Shown here: positions 1 to 7,999 of the stretch, one piece after another
How the letters are laid out: each line of letters opens with the position of its first letter
Numbering within the stretch: position 1 is the first letter of the stretch
Assembly (NCBI GenBank): GCA_964526005.1
Contig: CAZGKO010000006.1
Span: 1-50,560, forward strand
Reading direction: 5' to 3'
Source of the DNA: an uncultured Candidatus Peribacteria bacterium
GTDB lineage: Bacteria; Patescibacteriota; Gracilibacteria; UBA1369
DNA: 50,560 nt
Translations under genes and position numbers: made by a program
Notes under the pieces: generated by a model
The model's database searches: none
What the model saw: only the letters and a program-made list of their open reading frames with translations
Told to the model about the DNA's origin: nothing

Positions 1-684
1 ACAAAAATCAGCTTTTTTAAGAAAATCTAAAATTTTATCTTTCTTATTCCCATCCTTTTTAAATAACCCCATTGTATATCCACGGTAATTTCCACTATCA
101 GGACCACTTATAACATTTATATTTTTAAATCCTTCAACTATCTGTATAGCAAGCTCATTGTTCCATTGTGAAGCAGCTGATAAAAACAAAACTTCTTTTC
201 TTGTCTTTATTTCAGCAACATCTTTACTAATTTTAAAATCAGCATAAACTTTAATATTTTGCTTTTTTCTTGTTAAGTATTGTTTTTCTTTACCAGAGGC
301 CCAAACTTCAAATAAATTTTCTGTATCAATTTCATTTTTCAAAATAGAAAAGTTATATTTAAATATTTTTTTACCCATTGAAAAAACAACTTTGAAAAAG
401 ACAGGCTTGCCTTTTTCGGAAGATAATGCAAATGGCTGATATGGTAAAATTGCCCCCTCAGAATTGTTGGCAGAATTGATTACACCATTTCGTAATAAGA
501 TGAAAGCTTGTAATATTGTACTTTTTCCCGAAGCATTTGGTCCATAAATTAAAGATGTTTTGAGTAGATTTTCTCCATTACTATCAAAAGTATGTTCGCT
601 TTTTCGTGCAAACATAGAAAAAACAACTCTCTTTTTAAAGATTTTAAAATTTTCTACCGAAAATTCAATAATTGATATTCTCAT
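1..684 (-). CDS. AAA_21/ABC-like ATPase, N-terminal 228 codons only (gene runs off the left edge)
   Basis: This ORF is absent from the supplied track because it has no in-window stop. My reverse-strand translation from the ATG at 684..682 stays open to base 1: MRISIIEFSVENFKIF...SLIYGPNASGKSTILQAFILLRNG...LFLSAASQWNNELA. The Walker A motif is GPNASGKST. It lies on the same strand as res, 136 nt downstream of it. Confidence 0.7.
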   Translation of the reverse strand, partial: MRISIIEFSVENFKIFKKRVVFSMFARKSEHTFDSNGENLLKTSLIYGPNASGKSTILQAFILLRNGVINSANNSEGAILPYQPFALSSEKGKPVFFKVVFSMGKKIFKYNFSILKNEIDTENLFEVWASGKEKQYLTRKKQNIKVYADFKISKDVAEIKTRKEVLFLSAASQWNNELAIQIVEGFKNINVISGPDSGNYRGYTMGLFKKDGNKKDKILDFLKKADFC

Positions 685-708
685 AATTTTGTAAATTATT
701 TACTCAAA

Positions 709-735
709 TACACTATAAGTATATATTATAGTGTA
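709..735. promoter_or_regulatory. Perfect 9-bp inverted repeat (TACACTATA-N9-TATAGTGTA) between res and the AAA ATPase gene
   Basis: Read directly from the sequence, with a TATAAT-like sequence on the minus strand inside it. It could be an operator or a weak terminator. Function unknown. Confidence 0.3.
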
Positions 736-820
736 AAATAATGCGAGCTTCTGTAAAAAAATTACAAAACATCTTTTAAATCTTATTTACAACCTTTCTT
801 TTCAATTTTGTTCATTATAA

Positions 821-3496
821 TTATTTACTAAAATTAGTCATCAATTCTGCAAAACTTTTTGGTGTATATTTATCCCATTGTTCTTGTTTTACATAAAGCA
901 TTTTGTATTCAATCTTTTTTTGTCTTTCATTTGCATCTTTGCACCACTGCTCCAATCTCTTTATTTTTTCTATATCATTCAAATCTTCTCTTCCTTTTGT
1001 CTCCACAATATAAATTGTTTTATTGTCTGTTTTAACAAAGAAATCAGGGTAGTAACTTGATATTGCTCCGCTCGCATTTTTGTAATCAATTTTGAAATGA
1101 ATTTCAAAATAGTTTTTTGCAAAAGAAAGCACATCATCAGCACTTTCCAAAAAATCTGCAAATTCCAATTCAAAATCACTATCTCCAACAATTTTATTGA
1201 AAACGCTCTTTTTTGGTAGCAAATATTTTTTATCAGTAACAACAAAAGGTCTGGCACTACTTACTTTTATATAATTTTTTATTTCAGTATCGCCAACATC
1301 TTGTACAGTCAAATCATTTATTTCTTTTTTGAAAGTTTCTACAATAGTTTTTACAGCTTCCAATTCTGATAAATTCCTCAAAATATTTGAGTCACTAAGA
1401 TCAATATTTTCTTTAAACAACTCATTTGTTATAAATTTTTTAACTTTTCCAAAAAGAATATCGTAACAACCAAAAAGGCGTAATTCTTTCATTATTCTTT
1501 GCACAAAAAACCCAACAACACTTTGGTAATTTGGTTCAATGGAACTATTCAAAATCGTTCTGTGATGTTCTTTATCTTCTACAATTTCTTTAAAAACAAT
1601 TTCCTTTTTCTCTTCCTCTGTAAATTGCTTTATATCAATTTTGTCATTTTTAAATTCAGAAATATTCAGCAAGTTAAGATTTTTGTATTCTCTTTGTATT
1701 CTTGGAGTTAAAATTGGTAATTCAATGTCCAAATTTTCAATATCTTTTTTTATATTTTGATTATCAATTTCAATAACTGTTGGTGTAATAGGAGAACCAG
1801 AACGATCCATTCTTCTTTTTTCTAATTCAACACCTTCCGCTTTAATAGACTCTACAAACTCCATAAAAGCAGGTGTACCGATAACGCTCACATATTCTTC
1901 AACATCTTGCCCAAAAAACATTCGGCGAAGTCCTCGCCCCAATGTTTGCTCGGGTAATACTTTAGAATCTGAACTATAAGGTCGCAAACCGACAATTGTT
2001 GTTACATTTTTCACATCCCAACCTTCCTTAAGCATCATCACAGATACAATTACTTTGTACGGACTTTCTGGGTTATCAATTTCATTTGCCTTTTTTCGCA
2101 GATCTTGCAATTCCTTTTCTTTTTTACCTGTTACTGTTTCAGAAATCTCCCCACTTTTGTTTGTGTGAATAGTCAAGACTGCTCCTTTCAATTGCGGATA
2201 GCTTTTTTCTAAAAATTCTGCAACATCATCACAATTTTTCGTATCGTCTGTCATTATAAAAAGAATTGACTTCTTGCCAGTCGGTTCAAGTCCTTTATAA
2301 GTTTTTCCCCACTCTTCAACTCCAAGTCTGATAAAATCTTCGTATTTTTCAGCAAATAAGGAACTTTGTTTTTCTTGTAATTTCCCTCTACTGGCTTCAT
2401 CTGGTACAACTGGATTTTTTACAACTCCCTGATGTATTGCTTCAACCAATGGATAGTCAGAAACAGTCTGTATAAAAATTTCTCCGCGATTATTTTTTGG
2501 TGTAGCGGTAACATCGATTTGCAAAGATAATTTTTTACCTTTTTGCAATAATTTATTATGTATATCTTCAATAGATTTAAACCATGCCATTTTCGGATCA
2601 TGAATGTGATGTGCTTCATCATTAATAATCATTAATTCATCAACATTACGCACTATTTCCCCTAAATCAACTTTTGAATCATTAGTTTTACCAACAACTT
2701 TGCTTCCCATAAAATAATCGGAAGTGTCTTTGTCTTCAAAACTTGCAATCTTCACATCTCCTTCATAAACTCGGTGGATATTTGTAAGAAAAATATTTCC
2801 CGATTTTGAAATTGTTCCAACATCATCTTGCAAATGTAATTTAATTTGAAAATCATCTTCCCAATTTTGTCCTTCATATCCGTTGTCCGGCAAAATCGGA
2901 TCTTCATAAAATATCTTTAATCCCTCAAAATCAGATTTTATTCTGTCTAAAACAATAATGTTTGGCGTGATGAGTAAAAAGTTTTTTGAGAGTTCAGAAT
3001 TTTTCTCATAAAGCTTGTGGAAATATGACCAGGCCAAAAGCAAACTCATCACTTTTGTTTTTCCACTTCCTGTTGCCATTTTTATCACAAGACGAAGCCA
3101 ATCTTCCGTAAACATGTTTGGACTGACTCTACCCAATTTATCAAATTTGATTAAATCATATTTGTTTGTTGCTTTATCAACATCATAAATCCAAATGATT
3201 GTTTCTACAGCTTCTCTTTGTGCATAATAATATTGAAAAGCGACACTTGTTCCATCACTGCCAAAAATAGTATGCGGTTCTTTGAACCACCAATTTAGCA
3301 ACGCTTTTGATGTTTCGCTTGCGTCACCGTAATTATTTTCTCGCCATTTTGCTACTTTTTCACGCAACTCAGGAACAAAAGGTGGCAAGAGCTTTTCATA
3401 CCCCTCTTTTCGCAAATCTTCCTCAGCAGGAAACCACCTAATCGCAGGATCAAGTATTTTAAATTTATCTTTTGGAAAATTTTTGTGTAGTGCCAT
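821..3496 (-). CDS. res: Type III restriction enzyme, Res subunit (SF2 helicase plus C-terminal PD-(D/E)XK nuclease)
   Basis: 891 aa. Contains Walker A MATGSGKTKV, DEAH box INDEAHHIH, helicase motif VI QTLGRGLRR, and the C-terminal nuclease motif YYPDFFVKTDNKTIYIVETKGRED. Shares an operon with a Type III Mod. Confidence 0.9.
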   Translation of the reverse strand: MALHKNFPKDKFKILDPAIRWFPAEEDLRKEGYEKLLPPFVPELREKVAKWRENNYGDASETSKALLNWWFKEPHTIFGSDGTSVAFQYYYAQREAVETIIWIYDVDKATNKYDLIKFDKLGRVSPNMFTEDWLRLVIKMATGSGKTKVMSLLLAWSYFHKLYEKNSELSKNFLLITPNIIVLDRIKSDFEGLKIFYEDPILPDNGYEGQNWEDDFQIKLHLQDDVGTISKSGNIFLTNIHRVYEGDVKIASFEDKDTSDYFMGSKVVGKTNDSKVDLGEIVRNVDELMIINDEAHHIHDPKMAWFKSIEDIHNKLLQKGKKLSLQIDVTATPKNNRGEIFIQTVSDYPLVEAIHQGVVKNPVVPDEASRGKLQEKQSSLFAEKYEDFIRLGVEEWGKTYKGLEPTGKKSILFIMTDDTKNCDDVAEFLEKSYPQLKGAVLTIHTNKSGEISETVTGKKEKELQDLRKKANEIDNPESPYKVIVSVMMLKEGWDVKNVTTIVGLRPYSSDSKVLPEQTLGRGLRRMFFGQDVEEYVSVIGTPAFMEFVESIKAEGVELEKRRMDRSGSPITPTVIEIDNQNIKKDIENLDIELPILTPRIQREYKNLNLLNISEFKNDKIDIKQFTEEEKKEIVFKEIVEDKEHHRTILNSSIEPNYQSVVGFFVQRIMKELRLFGCYDILFGKVKKFITNELFKENIDLSDSNILRNLSELEAVKTIVETFKKEINDLTVQDVGDTEIKNYIKVSSARPFVVTDKKYLLPKKSVFNKIVGDSDFELEFADFLESADDVLSFAKNYFEIHFKIDYKNASGAISSYYPDFFVKTDNKTIYIVETKGREDLNDIEKIKRLEQWCKDANERQKKIEYKMLYVKQEQWDKYTPKSFAELMTNFSK

Positions 3497-3511
3497 GTTA
3501 TTTTAGTTAAT

Positions 3512-3587
3512 ATGCAAAGAGAATAGTCAATTTAGTGCTTTTATAAACGGTTTTAATTCTCTTTGCATTAGCTTTTGTAAAGAGAAT
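3512..3587. promoter_or_regulatory. Three copies of the motif (G/T)(C/T)AAAGAGAAT in the gap upstream of res, two of them forming a 13-bp perfect inverted repeat
   Basis: ATGCAAAGAGAAT at 3512..3524, its exact reverse complement ATTCTCTTTGCAT at 3556..3568, and GTAAAGAGAAT at 3577..3587. All lie in the 100-nt gap between the AlbA_2-like gene stop and the res start. Confidence 0.4.
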
Positions 3588-3596
3588 ATATTGAGA

Positions 3597-5027
3597 TTAA
3601 ACATTTTTTATCTCATTAATATCTGCTAATTTATACCTTGTGTCTTTTGGATTTTTAGATTCCGGTTCAATTTTTAGCAATAAGCCTTTTTCTACCCATT
3701 TTCTAAACATTCGAGACATTTTATGAGTTTGAACAACATTTGTAATATCTCTCGCTGTTTTGTTATCAATGTATTTCCTTTCTTCTAAATATTTCTTAAT
3801 TTTTTGCCATTCGGTTGGTTGCTCCTCATTAAGAAAGACAACTTTTACAGAATCTTCATACATTGGGTAAGTAAAAAAAATTGGTTGATATAAATTATAT
3901 TTCTTCATTTCTTCTCTCATTGCTCGAACACCCTCGTTCAAATTCAGATTTGGTGGTTCTGGAAATTCCCTTAAGTGCTTAACTAACAAATTATTTCTTT
4001 CTCCATCAGAACGAACATAGCCAATATTTGATTTTGTTATATTGTACGGAAACAACCCAGGACTTAAAATTTCTAACCTATCCTCATAAATTCTTATTTC
4101 TATATCTCTTTTCAAATGATAATCTCTGTGAATAATTGCATTTGTGATGGCTTCTTTAACAGCCCTCTCTGGTATTTTATATATATTTACAAAACCAGAA
4201 CGAACGACTACACCCGATTTTAAAATGTTAAGTACATATTCTTGACTATTTTTTATTAAATCAATCACTGGACCACCAATAGTCTTTGGGTTGCCTAGAT
4301 AATTTGGAGCTTCTCCAAATTTTTCAATTACACCCCTTAATTGAATAACTCTTACTGAACATTTCGTGTCTAGTAAATCTGTAAGAAATTGAGCAAACAA
4401 CAATACTGATGCTCTGGTTGGTTTTAGCTGTTCGTCATCATCTTTCCTTGCTAGTCCTGTTTGAAATAAGATATCTTTTATATCACCATCAGCAATTTTT
4501 CTATTCTTTCTCCAATCGTCAAAATAGTTTGTTTGTAAAAGTTCAAAATCAATATCAACGAGTTCTTTGTCTGCTTTTACAAAACCTTTTGCATAATTAA
4601 ATTTTACAACTTCTTGTGGGGTCAATCTTTTATTACTTTTGTGTAGACGAATCCATACTTGATTATCAATTGCGTAAAAACATTCTGTAGCTTTTGATAT
4701 TCGAAGTATTGCTGCAGTTTTATTTTTTGATATTTCTATAAGCTCTGGTTGTAAATTAGAAACTGGAGGAATTATATTTTTAATTTTATGAAAAATCTCA
4801 TCAAATAATTCTTTATTTTCTTCAATACCAAAAATTCTATCCACACCTTTTAGCTTAGTTTTTTCAGGATCATCAATGCCCAAAAATATATGCCCGCCAT
4901 CAGTATTTGCCATTGCTACTATGGTCTGAATGATTTTTTTCACAATCTTATTACCTTCAAGTCTTTTAAACTCAATTGTTTGTGTCTCTTCTGGAATGTT
5001 CAATATTGTTTCAATAAATTTATTCAT
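3597..5027 (-). CDS. AlbA_2 (Schlafen-core) plus HATPase_c_4-like plus C-terminal wHTH protein (COG2865-type predicted ATP-binding protein/regulator)
   Basis: 476 aa. N-terminal signature ETQTIEFKRLEG...IVAMANTDGGHIFLGIDD. C-terminal signature ERAVKEAITNAIIHRDYHLKRDIEIRIYEDRLEILSPG. The basic tail has a helix-turn-helix-like segment. The start codon lies 6 nt after the mod stop. Confidence 0.75.
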   Translation of the reverse strand: MNKFIETILNIPEETQTIEFKRLEGNKIVKKIIQTIVAMANTDGGHIFLGIDDPEKTKLKGVDRIFGIEENKELFDEIFHKIKNIIPPVSNLQPELIEISKNKTAAILRISKATECFYAIDNQVWIRLHKSNKRLTPQEVVKFNYAKGFVKADKELVDIDFELLQTNYFDDWRKNRKIADGDIKDILFQTGLARKDDDEQLKPTRASVLLFAQFLTDLLDTKCSVRVIQLRGVIEKFGEAPNYLGNPKTIGGPVIDLIKNSQEYVLNILKSGVVVRSGFVNIYKIPERAVKEAITNAIIHRDYHLKRDIEIRIYEDRLEILSPGLFPYNITKSNIGYVRSDGERNNLLVKHLREFPEPPNLNLNEGVRAMREEMKKYNLYQPIFFTYPMYEDSVKVVFLNEEQPTEWQKIKKYLEERKYIDNKTARDITNVVQTHKMSRMFRKWVEKGLLLKIEPESKNPKDTRYKLADINEIKNV

Positions 5028-5033
5028 AATAAT

Positions 5034-7235
5034 TTATACATTAATTTCAATAACCTTGGTCGTGTCATTACCAAAAATATCAATTACTTTAATCGCTACT
5101 TGCATTTTACCTTTTCCTGTAACTTTAAAAGCAGAAGTGAGTTCAAGCGTTCTATCTTTTTTAATTCGGAAACTTTGCCATTCATTTTCAAAAATATAAT
5201 TGCCTGTCCAACCATCGTTTTCTTCGCCAGTTTTTTCATCAATCATTCGCACAATTTCTTTCTTGCTCTCATAATCAAAATCTACTGACCAATAATCAAT
5301 CCAGTCTGTCCACTTTTTTGTCAAAACTTCTTTTTCAATAATCTCTGTTTTTTTATCTTTAGAAATTTTAATCACTTGTCCGTTTTCAATTACAATCTTG
5401 CTTCCACCAGCGCGCAACTTTTCTTCCACCTCGCCAGTATTGTCTTGATTATAGAAAACTGAAAAATCAGTCAGCTCAATTGCAACTTCTTTGGCATTTG
5501 CTCGTCCACGGATAATCGGCTTGGCTTCAATGTATGCCACATCATAAAACCTAACCTGTCCTTTTTCTACCGCTTTTTTATCAAACACCTCTCGCGGAAT
5601 AACTCTAAACTGCACATTCAACCCTTGCTTTTTTGCCTGTTCAAAGTCTAGCCCCATTTCATAATCAAATCCCAAAATATCCGCTTTGGTAACACTTTTT
5701 TCTTTGCACTCAGCAATGACTTTTTCCAAAAAGTCATTGGTAACAGGCATATCAATAGAGCCAACCGCAACCAGTCTGTCTCTCTTTTTACCCACAAACA
5801 TATTAAAAGAATCTACTGGCTCGGCTTTATAGGCAGAAAGAATAAGTGAAACAAACTCTTTTTCTTTTCTCTCTCGTTGTTTTCTTTTTTCTTCTTCTCG
5901 CAAGTTTTCATTCACTTTTAGAAAATCCGCTCGCTCGTATTTTCCGATATTCAAAATCTCAAAAGCTCTGAAATCTTTTTCAGACTTTTTCATTTCTCGT
6001 TGCACACCAATCATTCTTTTGCGAGTGGTGTGAATTGAAAATTTCCCTAAATCAGAACCAATCCATTTTCTGCTCAACTTTTCCGCTACCGCCAAAGTCG
6101 TCCCCGACCCACAGAAAAAGTCAGCAATAAGATCATCTTTGTTTGATGATGCTTTTACTATCCTTTCTAATAAGGTTTCTGGTTTCTGCGTATCGTATCC
6201 TAATCTTTCGTCTCCCATAGCGTTTATCATATTTATATCATCCCAAATATTTTCTACAGGTCTTCCTTTTAACTCATGCGTATATTGTTTAAATTCTGGA
6301 TATTTTGCTCCTTCTGAAAATCTTACCTTATCTTCAGCTTTTAATTTTTCTAGCCGATCTTTTGAATAGGTTGCCATTACTTGCCATCTATATTTACCAT
6401 TTTTATCTTCATATTTAAATCTATCTAGATATTCTTTAGGATATTCACCATATTGAAGATTAAATAAATAATTATTTTTTGATTTTACATATAACAATAT
6501 AGTATCCGTGTTAATCGAAAACTTTTGAGATATGGCTTTTACAGTATTTGTTCGTCTACGCCACAAAATCTCATTCAAAAAATTATTCTTTCCAAAAATT
6601 TCATCCAACACCAACCGCATATAACTGTTCACTCGCCAATCACAATGCACATAAATACTGCCGTCATCCGCCAAAAGTCCGTGCATTAATTTTAGTCGCT
6701 CATAAATCATCGCAATGAAGCTATCCGCACCTTTGCCCCAAGTATCACGATAAGCAATCTCTTCAATCACAGATGGTTTTTTGGTAAAACTTTCTTTTTC
6801 ATCTCCTTCGCCGATTTCTATGTTCATAGAAAAGTCAGCGCCGACATCAAACGGCGGATCAATATAAATTAGTTTCAAGCCGCCTTCGGCTTCAATTTGC
6901 TTTCGCAAAGGTCCATTTTTGAGACTTGATAAAATCAATTTATTATCTCCCCAAATAAGTTTGTTTGACCAGCCTTTTATCTGTCTGCCCGAAGTATCAA
7001 AAAGAGACTCTTGCGAATTGATTTTGTCTTCACTTCTCGGCTCGTCAATATGTTCAATAGTTTGAAAAGGCAAAACAGTATTTTCCACCTCATCAGTCTT
7101 TCCATTCCAAAGCAACTCAACTTCTTTGTCAGTATCAAAAAGCAAAAAACGATATTTCTCTGGCAACGGCTTGCCAGATTCTAGATATTTTATAACATCT
7201 CTCTTTTCGTTATCTGTTAGATTAAGTTTATTCAT
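5034..7235 (-). CDS. mod: Type III R-M DNA methyltransferase, Mod subunit (beta-class N6-adenine MTase)
   Basis: 733 aa. The catalytic motif IV DPPF (LIYIDPPFDVGADF) precedes the SAM motif I (IADFFCGSGTTLAVAEKL), with a long variable region between them. This is the order typical of Type III Mod proteins. Confidence 0.9.
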   Translation of the reverse strand: MNKLNLTDNEKRDVIKYLESGKPLPEKYRFLLFDTDKEVELLWNGKTDEVENTVLPFQTIEHIDEPRSEDKINSQESLFDTSGRQIKGWSNKLIWGDNKLILSSLKNGPLRKQIEAEGGLKLIYIDPPFDVGADFSMNIEIGEGDEKESFTKKPSVIEEIAYRDTWGKGADSFIAMIYERLKLMHGLLADDGSIYVHCDWRVNSYMRLVLDEIFGKNNFLNEILWRRRTNTVKAISQKFSINTDTILLYVKSKNNYLFNLQYGEYPKEYLDRFKYEDKNGKYRWQVMATYSKDRLEKLKAEDKVRFSEGAKYPEFKQYTHELKGRPVENIWDDINMINAMGDERLGYDTQKPETLLERIVKASSNKDDLIADFFCGSGTTLAVAEKLSRKWIGSDLGKFSIHTTRKRMIGVQREMKKSEKDFRAFEILNIGKYERADFLKVNENLREEEKRKQRERKEKEFVSLILSAYKAEPVDSFNMFVGKKRDRLVAVGSIDMPVTNDFLEKVIAECKEKSVTKADILGFDYEMGLDFEQAKKQGLNVQFRVIPREVFDKKAVEKGQVRFYDVAYIEAKPIIRGRANAKEVAIELTDFSVFYNQDNTGEVEEKLRAGGSKIVIENGQVIKISKDKKTEIIEKEVLTKKWTDWIDYWSVDFDYESKKEIVRMIDEKTGEENDGWTGNYIFENEWQSFRIKKDRTLELTSAFKVTGKGKMQVAIKVIDIFGNDTTKVIEINV

Positions 7236-7384
7236 AATAATTATTTCTGTATTAAACCATCAACACCAACTTCAAGAACTTTCGCAATCGTGGAAAGTGT
7301 ATCACAATAGTTGGATTTTGGTGCGTGCGAGTTCTCCGTCGCTTTCGCGAGCACAAAACTTCCAAAAATGCTGAAATTGTAAAT

Positions 7385-7474
7385 TGGCGGAGAGAGAGGG
7401 ATTCGAACCCCCGAGGAGCTTGCACCCCTAACGGTTTTCAAGACCGCCGCGTTCGACCACTCTGCCATCTCTCC
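7385..7474 (-). tRNA. tRNA-Ser (anticodon UGA), long variable arm, CCA encoded
   Basis: The reverse complement reads GGAGAGATGGCAGAGTGGTCGAACGCGGCGGTCTTGAAAACCGTTAGGGGTGCAAGCTCCTCGGGGGTTCGAATCCCTCTCTCTCCGCCA. It has a 7-bp acceptor stem, anticodon loop CTTGAAA and T-loop GGTTCGAATCC. Length 90 nt. Confidence 0.9.
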
Positions 7475-7625
7475 ATTGGGTCTAAAGCCTCCCGATTTTA
7501 AACAAAAACCAACCTCCATGCAAGTTATATTTATTCAGAACTTTTTAAGTAGTAATTTAATCTTCACTTAATTTAATTTTAATTTTTCCCCTTAAAAGGA
7601 ACAGTGTCTTTTAAAATTTACCTGA

Positions 7626-7979
7626 ATGAAAACATTAACACCAGTTCGACCTCCATCCTCACAAAATTTTCAAGAAGATAAATTTTGGTACTTTCAAAAT
7701 TTTATCATCAACTCTTCTAGTCACGAAATTATTACTAAAAATCAAATTATCATCCGACTTCGCAAGAAAGAATTTGAATTACTGCAATGTCTCTATTTCA
7801 ATCCTAATCGTTTAATTAATAAACAGGAATTATTAGAATTAGTATGGAATTATGATTTATATATAAATACCAATACCCTTGAAGTACATCTCTGTAAATT
7901 AAGAAATAAATTAAAAAAAGCCGGTCACAAAAATTTAATTGAAACTATTCACGGAGCCGGCTATCGTTTTAATTTCTAA
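7626..7979 (+). CDS. Stand-alone OmpR/PhoB-type winged-helix DNA-binding protein (no receiver domain)
   Basis: 117 aa. Contains RLRKKEFELLQCLYFNPNRLINKQELLELVW...NTLEVHLCKLRNKL...IETIHGAGYRF, which matches the Trans_reg_C pattern. Confidence 0.7.
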   Translation: MKTLTPVRPPSSQNFQEDKFWYFQNFIINSSSHEIITKNQIIIRLRKKEFELLQCLYFNPNRLINKQELLELVWNYDLYINTNTLEVHLCKLRNKLKKAGHKNLIETIHGAGYRFNF

Positions 7980-7999
7980 ATTATATAATCACTTACAAT

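Noticed and set aside
878-5288. Several short plus- or minus-strand ORFs inside res, the AlbA_2-like gene and mod (878..1060, 979..1257, 1499..1711, 2419..2622, 4409..4600, 4890..5288, 4930..5199, and also 6139..6369 and 7126..7374).
   Set aside because: They are embedded in, or antisense to, long ORFs with clear motifs. Their AT-rich, Phe/Ile/Leu/Asn-rich translations are typical of spurious frames.
7241-7519. A 92-aa ORF on the minus strand.
   Set aside because: It overlaps tRNA-Ser and the mod promoter region. Its sequence is a translation of the tRNA gene and it has no protein-like features.
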